Source of the DNA: Nanobdellota archaeon
GTDB lineage: Archaea > Nanobdellota > Nanobdellia > Pacearchaeales > GW2011-AR1
DNA length: 38,390 nt
Direction of reading: 5' to 3'
Assembly: GCA_030640395.1 (NCBI GenBank)
Contig: DAOWJK010000011.1
Coordinates: 1 to 38,390 of the forward strand
A program made the translations under genes and the position numbers. Position 1 is the stretch's first letter. The number at the start of each line of letters is the position of its first letter. The notes below the pieces were generated by a model, which worked only from the letters and a program-made list of their open reading frames with translations, was not told where the DNA came from and searched no databases. Of this stretch, positions 5,968-14,469 are shown in pieces.

Positions 5968-8562
5968 TTAATCTTTTGTTTTTGCTAATGATTTTCTTTT
6001 TCTCAAGGTTACAAATGTCCCTACCCCCACTAATCCAAGAATAAATATACCTACTATTAAAGATAATCTTTCTTTAATTGTTCCTATTACTGCACCAGTA
6101 ATTCCTACTGAATTTGTTTTAGGGATGTCCTCTGTTGTTGGGGTACTTGTTTCATTTGTATCAAGCCCTATTTTTGTTTGATTTTGATTTAGAGTTTCAT
6201 TTGTTTGACTATTATTTATAGTCTCCTTCGGAGTATAGCTTCCGCCGCCTCCTCCAGAACTTCCGCCAGTATCAGAAGGCGGTACCGGACATACTCCACA
6301 ATCTTTTGTGCAAGAAGAACAAGTTTCTCCACCATTACAATTTCCATCCCCGCAATATGTTTCCTGCTCTTTTATTCCAGAATGTTTTAATCCAGAAATT
6401 TTATATTGAGTATTGTTGTTTACTAATTCACAAACATAATTTGTATTTGAACTGGGACAACTTAACCATGTTTCATTTTCGCCTGTGCATGTTTCAGAAA
6501 TTTCACTAATATTTAAAATTTCAGCGTCTTTAATGCAAATTCCTGTCCCATTAAGCACTTTATTAAAGTAAATTGTTTTTGTTTGATTTTGAGAAGTTAA
6601 ATCCAATCCTTTAATTATTAAATAAGAAAAAGTGCTTTCATTGTTTTGTTTTTCTATAAATAAATCAGCGAGGTTTATTTTTCCTTCTGTTAAATTAAAA
6701 TCAAACTCTAACAAAGTTTCATTATTTTCTTTAAACTTAATTGTGTTATTTTCTTTTTCTAAAGTTAAATTTGTTAAGGTAGTATTGATATTAGTTTCAT
6801 TTCCCATAATTCCGTCCTTATTATAATCGCATAGTTCATACTGAAATTCAAAATATGTATTGTTATTCCATAAATCTAACTCGAGATTGGTTAAGGCATA
6901 ACAAATATTAAAATCATATTCTATTTTGGTTCTGTTTTGTAATTGGGAATCATTTTCTAAGCAAATTCCTTGATTTTGCCATCCACTCCAAGAAGAGTTT
7001 GTTATGTTAGGTAGACAATAATCACATACCCCAACATTTCTATATTCAATAATTGTTTTGTTATTTATTTCCCCACAATAATTGTTATCATATTGAATTA
7101 AATTTCTTGTTTGATTCATTGTATCATTTAATGAACAAGAAATATTATTCCAAGAGTCCCAAGAAGTATTAACTAAATTTGGTGTGCAAAAGTCACAAAA
7201 TTGTGGCTCAAATTCTAAGTAATTCCCCTCGTATAAATCAGAATTTAAACTTGTTTGAGCAAAACAATTATTTTTATCGTAAGTTTGGTTGCAATATTTA
7301 AAATCCTCTTCTTGACAATTTCCATAATCAACACATGTCCAGTTTGGTAAACAATAATCACAACTTTCATATGTTCCGTTATCAACAGGCAAACTATATG
7401 TTTTATTACAATCATTAACATCTGTGTAAGTTATTAAAACTAAATCATCTTGCTGACAAGAGTTTTCATTGTTTATCCAATTTGGCATGCAATCACAAAC
7501 ATCTCCAATCCCATTATTATCTAAATCTTCTTGACTTGGATTTTGATTATAAGGACAATTATCTATGGCATCATCAATCCCATCATTATCTATATCTGTA
7601 TTTGTAACAACATAACTCTCATCTAAGAAGAATTCTCCAATTAAAGTTGGGTCCCAATTCCAATAATCTAAAACATTCTCACTATAATCTATTCTAAAAA
7701 ATCCTGACTCCCCCCAACCAGTACCCCAACTATTTTTACAAATCCAATATTGGTTATTGTCATCATAACCTATGATAGAAACAGCGTGGAGACCTAAGTA
7801 ATCTCCATAAGCCCATTGATATATCCCAATAGAATAATCATAAAAATCTTCATAAACAGCCATATAAATAGTTACAGGTCCATAATCATTTATTGCTTGT
7901 TTTATTGTAGAGGGTGAACTCACTAGATTATAGTCAAGGATTTTTACTAATTCATTTTGCCAATTAACACATTTGTTTGAACACAATCCATCAGTTCCAG
8001 AATAAGGAAAACAAGATTCTTTTACTACACCATTTGTTTTAATATAGTCAAAAGTATCATCAGACCACCCCCCATTACAATCTCCTGCCTCACTACAAGA
8101 AACTAAATCTTGCTCTGATAAATCTATATTATAATCAGGATTATTTAAAGCAATATTAATTCTTGATTCTACAACACCAACTGCTGAAAAAGCCCAACAA
8201 CTTCCACAACTACCTTGAGATTTTATGGGGGTAGTCCAATCGCCACCATCTTTATTTCTCCAATCTATTGTAGAAGGATAACTTCCGATAAAATTAGTTT
8301 TTAAAAGTTTAGTTTCTTCACTTGACTTAGATCTTGTTTGTAATAATAATGCTTTTTTCTCTTCTAAAGATAAATAAGACATACTTGTTTCTCCAGCAGT
8401 CCACTCTTTACTTTCAGATTTTATTATCTTATTAATGTTGTTTATTCTATCTTCTACAAACAAGTTTGACGACTTAATAGAATCTTTTTTTATATCAAAA
8501 GTATTTGCTGAAATAATTGAGACAATAACTATGATTAAAACAAGGGAAATTAATTTTTTCAT
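5968..8562 (-). CDS. secreted, C-terminally membrane-anchored papain-like (C1 family) cysteine protease with Cys-rich repeat stalk
   Basis: 864 aa. Signal peptide, then catalytic motifs QGSCGSCWAFSAVG (Cys), HAVSIIGYD (His), NSWGTGWGESG (Asn/Trp). Calcium-binding thrombospondin-type-3-like DIDNDGIDDAIDNCPYNQNPSQEDLDNNGIGDVCD. Four CD[YFC]C.PN modules, many N-x-S/T sequons, a GGSSGGGGGS linker and a C-terminal TM helix plus RKRK. Confidence 0.8.
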   Translation of the reverse strand: MKKLISLVLIIVIVSIISANTFDIKKDSIKSSNLFVEDRINNINKIIKSESKEWTAGETSMSYLSLEEKKALLLQTRSKSSEETKLLKTNFIGSYPSTIDWRNKDGGDWTTPIKSQGSCGSCWAFSAVGVVESRINIALNNPDYNIDLSEQDLVSCSEAGDCNGGWSDDTFDYIKTNGVVKESCFPYSGTDGLCSNKCVNWQNELVKILDYNLVSSPSTIKQAINDYGPVTIYMAVYEDFYDYSIGIYQWAYGDYLGLHAVSIIGYDDNNQYWICKNSWGTGWGESGFFRIDYSENVLDYWNWDPTLIGEFFLDESYVVTNTDIDNDGIDDAIDNCPYNQNPSQEDLDNNGIGDVCDCMPNWINNENSCQQDDLVLITYTDVNDCNKTYSLPVDNGTYESCDYCLPNWTCVDYGNCQEEDFKYCNQTYDKNNCFAQTSLNSDLYEGNYLEFEPQFCDFCTPNLVNTSWDSWNNISCSLNDTMNQTRNLIQYDNNYCGEINNKTIIEYRNVGVCDYCLPNITNSSWSGWQNQGICLENDSQLQNRTKIEYDFNICYALTNLELDLWNNNTYFEFQYELCDYNKDGIMGNETNINTTLTNLTLEKENNTIKFKENNETLLEFDFNLTEGKINLADLFIEKQNNESTFSYLIIKGLDLTSQNQTKTIYFNKVLNGTGICIKDAEILNISEISETCTGENETWLSCPSSNTNYVCELVNNNTQYKISGLKHSGIKEQETYCGDGNCNGGETCSSCTKDCGVCPVPPSDTGGSSGGGGGSYTPKETINNSQTNETLNQNQTKIGLDTNETSTPTTEDIPKTNSVGITGAVIGTIKERLSLIVGIFILGLVGVGTFVTLRKRKSLAKTKD

Positions 8563-8588
8563 TTTTCACATTCCCCTCTATAAAAAGC

Positions 8589-8819
8589 CTATTCTTCACA
8601 TTCTGTTCCATCTGGAAAAATACAATATCCTGTTTGTGAACCATCAGGATTTGTTCTAATCTCTAATATCCCCCCCACATCCTCACAATAAACAGAAGCA
8701 GGATTTGCAATTTGAGAATTTTGAGAACTATTATTTTCTTTATTATGATTAATCATTAAAACAAAAACTAAAACAATTAATACAATAAAAATTAACATTA
8801 AAATATATCTGATTTTCAT
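8589..8819 (-). CDS. DUF333 domain protein (putative-hemolysin family), secreted
   Basis: 76 aa. Signal/TM segment, then NPASVYCEDVGG.LE......G...GYCIFPDGTECEE, which matches the DUF333 pattern as I recall it. Confidence 0.6.
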   Translation of the reverse strand: MKIRYILMLIFIVLIVLVFVLMINHNKENNSSQNSQIANPASVYCEDVGGILEIRTNPDGSQTGYCIFPDGTECEE

Positions 8820-8859
8820 TTTATTTCAAATATTTAACCCCTTAAAAGATTTTCTATTC

Positions 8860-8915
8860 TCATTTACCTGTGCGTGAAAAGAGATATATAAGTTTTTCAT
8901 TTACTTGTGAATGAA
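8860..8915 (+). promoter_or_regulatory. two 19-nt direct repeats flanking a TATA-like box upstream of the RHH gene
   Basis: TCATTTACCTGTGCGTGAA (8860-8878) and TCATTTACTTGTGAATGAA (8897-8915) bracket ATATATAAG (about 8884-8892). The start codon of the RHH ORF is at 8922. Confidence 0.45.
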
Positions 8916-8921
8916 GATAAA

Positions 8922-9083
8922 ATGAGGGTTCGTTATGTCAATATTTCAATAACAGAAGATTTAGCTAAAAAAATAGATGAGTATGTTAAAAAAGCAAAAC
9001 AGGGTTATCGCTCAAGAGCAGAATTTATTTCTGAATCTATTAGATTAAGATTGGGAATTATCAAGAGCAAAAAGAAATCTTAA
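8922..9083 (+). CDS. ribbon-helix-helix (CopG/Arc-type) DNA-binding protein
   Basis: Missing from the track (53 aa). Hand translation: MRVRYVNISITEDLAKKIDEYVKKAKQGYRSRAEFISESIRLRLGIIKSKKKS. The beta strand (V.ISI), helix, RS.AEFI..SIR pattern is classic RHH. Confidence 0.6.
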   Translation: MRVRYVNISITEDLAKKIDEYVKKAKQGYRSRAEFISESIRLRLGIIKSKKKS

Positions 9084-9697
9084 ATCTTCTCCTTCAACTT
9101 CCCAATCTTCCTCCAACTCTTCTTCAACTTCTTATTACTTTCTTTAACAATTATCTTCAAAAATTTATCATCAACTAGAATTTTATTTTTTTCAATAATT
9201 GGAAACTCTAATTTTTCTGTACTATTCAATTCAGCAACAAATCTATTTCTCGTCGCTATTATCCCGGACCTCTTCCAACCAGCCAACTTTGCTTTATTTA
9301 AAAAAGATTGAGCATCATCCAAACTATCACAAGCAACATGTAAAATACAAGGTTCAGATTTAAATTTTATGCCCTTAGTAAACATTTTCTGGGAAAATGT
9401 TTCGGGGTACACACGAAGTGTGTTTATTCTTTTTTCCTTTTTAACAATCTCATTCAAATCCTTTTTCAACTTATTAAAACTAATCATCTCATGATAAACT
9501 TTCAAAAACAAACCTTTTTCTTTTTTATCCTGATTAATCATTAAAACAATCCTTCCAGAACACGAAGAAGTCGTGTAAAAATTCTCAAGAGAATTTATCT
9601 TCTTACATAAAGAAATTATTTTTTCATCCCATTTCTTTTTAGAAGATTTATCTAATTTAGAAAGAATAGATTTTTTTCGTTGAAGGAAATTATTCAT
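9080..9697 (-). CDS. taw3: tRNA wybutosine/wyosine-synthesizing protein 3 (Taw3/TYW3 methyltransferase)
   Basis: 205 aa. N-terminal F..RK..IL..LD.S.K...DE.I..L...IN....FYTTSSCSGRI is the TYW3 signature. Carries an in-frame element copy. Confidence 0.75.
   Translation of the reverse strand: MNNFLQRKKSILSKLDKSSKKKWDEKIISLCKKINSLENFYTTSSCSGRIVLMINQDKKEKGLFLKVYHEMISFNKLKKDLNEIVKKEKRINTLRVYPETFSQKMFTKGIKFKSEPCILHVACDSLDDAQSFLNKAKLAGWKRSGIIATRNRFVAELNSTEKLEFPIIEKNKILVDDKFLKIIVKESNKKLKKSWRKIGKLKEKI
9370..9423 (-). repeat. in-frame two-hairpin element, copy 1 (in taw3)
   Basis: + strand: TGCCCTTAGT-AAACATTTT-ctggg-AAAATGTTT-CGGGGTAC-ACACAC-gaa-GTGTGT. Stems at 9380-9388/9394-9402 and 9409-9414/9418-9423. 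Translated as NTLRVYPETFSQKMFTKG. Confidence 0.75.
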
Positions 9698-9730
9698 AAG
9701 ATTTAAATAAATTCAAAACTATTAAAACTT

Positions 9731-10315
9731 ATGGAAAAACCAATAATTGCGACAAATATTGACGGACTTTTAATAGAACATTCTGCATTTATAGAACCAC
9801 ATAGAAAATGGTTTGAAAGAGCAATAGAAAAAACAGGAGATGAATCCTTAAGAAAATATATTGGAGCAGACCCTTATTTCCCGGGTGTGAATATTGCCAT
9901 GGAAAAAATTATGCCAGATGCTACACCAGAACAAAGAACAGCACAAGCAAGAACATGGTATCAGGAAGATGTTATTAAATATATAAAAGAACATCCGGAA
10001 ATAATTAAAAAAAATGTGGCAGAAAAATTAAAAGCATTAAAAGAAAAATACAAATTAATTCTTTTAACAACAAACACTCAAGATTATATAAACAAGATAA
10101 TTGAAGTTTCACATCTTCATGGAATTTACGACGACATAATTGCGAGCAATACAGAAAAAGAACCAGACAGAGAAGAATTAATAAAAGAACTAAAAGAACA
10201 ATACCAACAACCAAAATATTATTTTACTGGGAAAGAAGACCAAAAAACAATTACAAGATTTGAAAGTTTAGGAATAAAAATAATTACAAAAGAAAATATT
10301 GATGAGATAAAATAG
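9731..10315 (+). CDS. HAD-like hydrolase-fold protein (weak call)
   Basis: 194 aa. IATNIDGLL resembles HAD motif I but with Asn in place of the first Asp. LILLTTNT resembles motif II. Confidence 0.35.
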   Translation: MEKPIIATNIDGLLIEHSAFIEPHRKWFERAIEKTGDESLRKYIGADPYFPGVNIAMEKIMPDATPEQRTAQARTWYQEDVIKYIKEHPEIIKKNVAEKLKALKEKYKLILLTTNTQDYINKIIEVSHLHGIYDDIIASNTEKEPDREELIKELKEQYQQPKYYFTGKEDQKTITRFESLGIKIITKENIDEIK

Positions 10316-10352
10316 TTCTGTGAAGATAAATAGCAGGGGTTTTAGAAAATGA

Positions 10353-11072
10353 TTAATGGTAAAGTTCACCTAATGTACAATCCATATCCACAATTTTTTC
10401 TCCGTAAACCCATTTAAAATCCAATTCAGTTCTAACCACTTTTTCAATAATTTTTTCTGGAATTCCTTTAATTTGTTCTGCAACGAATTCGTCTAAAGGT
10501 GCTTTCTGAGTATGTTCAGGCCATTGATTATATTCACACAATAAATTAAGCCCATTAATAGCATACCGATTTTTTAAATCACATTGCTCTAAAGGATTAT
10601 CTTCTTGTAGCCACTCATAAGCTCTTTGAAGTTGTGTAACAAATACCTTATCCCAAAATTGCTGAAGGGTTTTCCCCCAAAATGGAGGGAAAAACAACTT
10701 TTCTAAAATCCCAAATTTCTTTTCCGGATGATTCTCGTAATATCTTGCTTGATTCCATGCTTTGAACATAAATGCTAATTTCTCCGCCCCAATACCTATT
10801 TTTGCAATCTGATAATCTGCCCTAAATAAAACTTTATTTATATTAATATTAGCTTTTGCTACAGGATAATCAGAAGGTTTGGAAAGTAATACTTTGGGGG
10901 CAAAAATCGGTTTATATTTGTCATCTAAAACCTCTCTTGAATAAAGAACTCTTTCAATAAGTTCCCGAGAAGGAGCTCTAACATAAAAATTAGTTCTGTC
11001 ACCATTACCAATAAAATTATCAATCCTTTCCCTTACTTTCTCTTTATCTATCTGAGTTTCTAATTTTTCCAT
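10353..11072 (-). CDS. hypothetical protein
   Basis: 239-aa ORF with normal-looking composition. No motif recognised. Confidence 0.45.
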   Translation of the reverse strand: MEKLETQIDKEKVRERIDNFIGNGDRTNFYVRAPSRELIERVLYSREVLDDKYKPIFAPKVLLSKPSDYPVAKANININKVLFRADYQIAKIGIGAEKLAFMFKAWNQARYYENHPEKKFGILEKLFFPPFWGKTLQQFWDKVFVTQLQRAYEWLQEDNPLEQCDLKNRYAINGLNLLCEYNQWPEHTQKAPLDEFVAEQIKGIPEKIIEKVVRTELDFKWVYGEKIVDMDCTLGELYH

Positions 11073-11167
11073 ATAATCTAATAAGAATAATAGTTTATAA
11101 TTATTAGTAGTCCATAAATGTCGACTAAATAGTTAAATTTATAAGAGAGATTATCAATTAAATAATT

Positions 11168-11950
11168 ATGGAAAATAAGATAACAACGCTCTTAGAAGAG
11201 TATGGTCTTGATAAAAAAGAAATTAAGATATATTTATTATTAGTTGAAAAAGGAGAACTAAATGCATATAGTTTAGCAAAAATCACAGGAATTCATAGAT
11301 CCACTACCTATGCCGTACTTGAGAGACTTCTCTCAAAAGGATTTATCAACAGAATTCAGAAAGATGAAAAAACATTTTACTCTGCTTTTGAAATCACTCA
11401 AACAATAACTAAAATAAAAGAAAAAGAATCAATACTTTTATCTCTTATCCCAGAATTTGAAAAAGTGCGAGAAGAAGGCATATCAAAAGTAAGAGTATTG
11501 GAAAGTAAAGAAAGTCAAAAACAATTTAATTTTAATTTATTTAATCAAATAAGTAAAGGAATAATTAAAGAATTGTATATTATTAGTGGGGGGTCTTCAG
11601 ATACAATAAATATTGGAAAAGAATCTTCAGAAAATTTAAGCTCAGAAATATTTTTAGAAAGTTTATTAAGAGAAATAAAAAGAAAAAAGATCCATAAGAA
11701 AATAAAATATAAAGGAATATGGAATGAAAAATTTAAAAGAAGTAAAATTTTAAAATTATTCTCGGAATTAGGGAAAAATAAATTTCTTGAAAAACTCCCA
11801 ACTTTAGCAACAACAGTTATTTTTGGGGAGTATCTTGTATACCTTTTCACAATGAATGGAGTTCCACAAGTAATAGAAATTCAAAATAAACTAATTGCAG
11901 AAGAAAATAAATTTTATTTTTCTTATCTATGGAAACAGGCTAAACCTTAA
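11168..11950 (+). CDS. TrmB family transcriptional regulator
   Basis: 260 aa. N-terminal winged helix L..YGL.KKEIKIYLLLVEKGELNAYSLAKITGIHRSTTYAVLERLLSKGFI is typical TrmB. Confidence 0.75.
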   Translation: MENKITTLLEEYGLDKKEIKIYLLLVEKGELNAYSLAKITGIHRSTTYAVLERLLSKGFINRIQKDEKTFYSAFEITQTITKIKEKESILLSLIPEFEKVREEGISKVRVLESKESQKQFNFNLFNQISKGIIKELYIISGGSSDTINIGKESSENLSSEIFLESLLREIKRKKIHKKIKYKGIWNEKFKRSKILKLFSELGKNKFLEKLPTLATTVIFGEYLVYLFTMNGVPQVIEIQNKLIAEENKFYFSYLWKQAKP

Positions 11951-11990
11951 AAAATTAGGAACAAAAATAATCATAAAAAAGATATTGACC

Positions 11991-12707
11991 CTATTCTTTC
12001 TCCAAAATTTTACAATTAATATTTTCTTCTTCACACAACTCACAAAATTCCCTGGCATCATCCTCGCTTCCAACAATACTCCCCCAGTGCATTGGAATCG
12101 CCAAATCAGGTTTAATCAACTTCGCAGCCTCAACAGCTTCCTCTGCACTCATTGTGAACCTGCCCCCAATAGGCAGCAAAGCAACCAATTTCCTGCCCTG
12201 CTGTTTATAACCTGTAAGCTTTTGCATCTCAGGAATAACATCTGTGTCCCCTGCATGATAAATAAGAACACTATTTATTTTTATGAGATATCCTACCCAA
12301 CCCTCTTCCTTAGGATGAAAATGCTTGTCAATATTATACGCCGGCAAAACAGAAATCTTCGTGTTCCCAAAAACCAACTCATGCCCTGGCTCAACAACCT
12401 CCAGCTTAATCAGCACATCAAACCGCACAATCTTGCTCTGGCAATCAGCAGTCAAAAAAATTTTTGTCCCTTCTTTAATAATTTTCTTAATGTCAGCAAC
12501 ACTGCAATGGTCATAATGGCTGTGAGTTATTAAAATCAAATCTGCCTTCTCAGAATCATCTTTGATATTATAAGGGTCAATATAAATCACCTTGCCCTTA
12601 GTAGAAATCTTCATAGAAGATTTATCGGGGTACGCCTGTGGTGTTGAATTCTTGATCAAAAATCCTGCATGCCCTAACCATTTAAGTTCAATATCATTTA
12701 TTTTCAT
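11991..12707 (-). CDS. metallo-beta-lactamase fold hydrolase (UPF0173-like)
   Basis: 238 aa. LKWLGHAGFLI, ITHSHYDH (HxHxDH) and IPMHWG motifs. Carries an in-frame element copy near the N-terminus. Confidence 0.8.
   Translation of the reverse strand: MKINDIELKWLGHAGFLIKNSTPQAYPDKSSMKISTKGKVIYIDPYNIKDDSEKADLILITHSHYDHCSVADIKKIIKEGTKIFLTADCQSKIVRFDVLIKLEVVEPGHELVFGNTKISVLPAYNIDKHFHPKEEGWVGYLIKINSVLIYHAGDTDVIPEMQKLTGYKQQGRKLVALLPIGGRFTMSAEEAVEAAKLIKPDLAIPMHWGSIVGSEDDAREFCELCEEENINCKILEKE
12592..12645 (-). repeat. in-frame two-hairpin element, copy 2 (in MBL hydrolase)
   Basis: + strand: TTGCCCTTAGTAG-AAATCTTC-atag-GAAGATTT-ATCGGGGTAC-GCC-tgt-GGTGT. Inner stem at 12605-12612/12617-12624. Translated as STPQAYPDKSSMKISTKG, inserted between LIKN and KVIYIDP. 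Confidence 0.7.
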
Positions 12708-12798
12708 AAAAAAGAAAATTTGAGGAAGTTTTTAAAGATTTTGGGGTTATTTATTTAATGACAATAATTCTTATAAATGAAAGAATATTACAATTGAT

Positions 12799-13083
12799 AT
12801 GAAATCACTTGAAGATTTTAAGATAGAGTGTCCAGCATCATGGAAAGGGTTTGGACCAGGATGGAGGACAGTAGCAGTTATTTATTTTTTTGATAATGAT
12901 GGGAGAGGTTTAAGTAAGAAAGAGTTAAGTGAAAAAATAGAATTAAATGACGATGAATTAAAGAGAGGATTAGGAGCGATGCAACAAACAAATGAAATAT
13001 TATTTAGAGAAAATGCCACTGGAAGAAGATATTATTTAGAACCTAAAACAAGAGAAGCATTTAAAGGACTTTATAATCTTTAA
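12799..13083 (+). CDS. hypothetical protein
   Basis: 94-aa ORF; possibly winged-helix-like. No firm motif. Confidence 0.35.
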   Translation: MKSLEDFKIECPASWKGFGPGWRTVAVIYFFDNDGRGLSKKELSEKIELNDDELKRGLGAMQQTNEILFRENATGRRYYLEPKTREAFKGLYNL

Positions 13084-13112
13084 TTATTCAAGACTATTTT
13101 TTTCCCACTCAG

Positions 13113-13778
13113 CTATTGACTAGACTTTGAAAGATTGTGGCACTGATTGGTAATTTTATTAAGAGTTAATTTTTCATCCATAAATATTTCGTATATTTTT
13201 TTTACATTTTGGAGTTTTTTATAAGTGTTTTCCATTCTTCTTTTCAGTAATAAAAATTCTTCTTTTAGGTTCTCTAAATATACTTCTTTGTTATCTTCTT
13301 TTATTTCTTGGTCATCTAAAATCCACAGAAAAACAGAGATTACACCTTTCCTGCTTTTCAAAATACTTAAATCACTCTCAGGAATTTGATTAGCAGAATA
13401 ATGACAAAATTCGCTAATATATCTATTAACTTCTTCACTTTTGGGAATTATTTTTTTGAACTTGTTTCTTGTAATTTGATAACTTCTACCGAACTCAATT
13501 ATTTCTTTTTCTAATTTATTTAGTAGCTGTGGTGCTTTGGGGGTTAAACCAACTTTTTTGAAATCCTCTGTATACATTATTAAATTATCCCTCATCCTAC
13601 TTGTTTCTCCTTTTCCAAATAATTCTACTATTGAATCTATGCTCTCTTCTAAATTATGTTTGTCCCACTCCTCTCCAAATCCTTTTTGTTGTGTTTCTTT
13701 TAGAGCTTTTTCTAAATTAATTAGAGACCCATAGCTTTCATGGATTACTTCACGATATTCTTCTTGCATTTTAATCAC
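13113..13778 (-). CDS. hypothetical protein
   Basis: 221-aa charged helical ORF. No motif recognised. Confidence 0.4.
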   Translation of the reverse strand: MIKMQEEYREVIHESYGSLINLEKALKETQQKGFGEEWDKHNLEESIDSIVELFGKGETSRMRDNLIMYTEDFKKVGLTPKAPQLLNKLEKEIIEFGRSYQITRNKFKKIIPKSEEVNRYISEFCHYSANQIPESDLSILKSRKGVISVFLWILDDQEIKEDNKEVYLENLKEEFLLLKRRMENTYKKLQNVKKIYEIFMDEKLTLNKITNQCHNLSKSSQ

Positions 13779-13927
13779 ATAAATTTTTAATTTATAAATC
13801 TTTTTACTCAGGGGCTCTGTTAAAAAAGTTCTTAGAGAAAAGTAAATAATCCCTGAAAACCACTCTTTAAAACTAAAAAAAGAAAAACTAAAAAAATCTT
13901 TGATAAAAAAACATTTATAATCTTTAA

Positions 13928-14428
13928 TTATTCAAAACTATTTTTTTCCCACTCCCCCATCTTCCCAGTTTTCAACTTTTTATCCAAAATCTCCAACTCT
14001 TCATAAATCCCTTCAATCAGCTCATAATTTTTTGCCTCTTCCAAACTAACCCATTTATATTCTGTTAAGGCGTGGCAAAGTTTAACATCTTCCCCAACTG
14101 GCTCTGCCCACAAACTAATTATTAACGAAGGAATATTATCTGAACGAATATAAACCAAACTCGTAACATAATTAAGATTTTTAATCTCCAATCCAACTTC
14201 TTCCATGACCTCTCTTTTGCTCAAATCCTCTAAAACATTATACCAGTGAGAAGAAGTGTCTTTTTCCCTTAAAGCATAATCCAAAACTTCCAACTTGCCC
14301 CCAGGCACAGTCCATTTTCCAGGAAATGCTTTTTCATAATCCGCCCTTTTCGCAATTAAAAATTTTCCGTCCTTAACTAAAATCACAGTAGAAGTAATAT
14401 AATGTGCTTGATTTTTATCGTATTTCAT
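13928..14428 (-). CDS. NUDIX hydrolase
   Basis: 166 aa. Nudix box elements GGKLE ... REVMEEVGLEI, with a longer than usual spacer between the GG and RE parts. Confidence 0.7.
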   Translation of the reverse strand: MKYDKNQAHYITSTVILVKDGKFLIAKRADYEKAFPGKWTVPGGKLEVLDYALREKDTSSHWYNVLEDLSKREVMEEVGLEIKNLNYVTSLVYIRSDNIPSLIISLWAEPVGEDVKLCHALTEYKWVSLEEAKNYELIEGIYEELEILDKKLKTGKMGEWEKNSFE

Positions 14429-14469
14429 ACAAACAAAAGATTAAATTATTTTATAAGGATTATTGTGAT

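Noticed and set aside
6240-6310. GC-rich stretch in the protease gene (CCGCCGCCTCCTCCAGAACTTCCGCC...)
   Set aside because: It encodes a Gly/Ser/Pro linker (PPSDTGGSSGGGGGS). This is low-complexity coding sequence with no similarity to the element family.
7725-7745. GTACCCC on the + strand inside the protease gene, which looks like an element core in opposite orientation
   Set aside because: It encodes the conserved papain-family NSWGTGWGE motif on the minus strand. It lacks the flanking hairpins and the TTGCCC end.
11895-12533. 212-aa + strand ORF overlapping the MBL hydrolase gene
   Set aside because: The opposite strand carries clear HxHxDH metallo-beta-lactamase motifs. The + strand translation is low-complexity (Asn/Phe/Leu/Ile-rich) with no motif.
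14189-14302. Longer than usual spacer inside the Nudix box (VLDYALREKDTSSHWYNVLE)
   Set aside because: The DNA is AT-rich and has none of the element signatures. Nudix families with extended loops exist, so it is not counted as an insertion.
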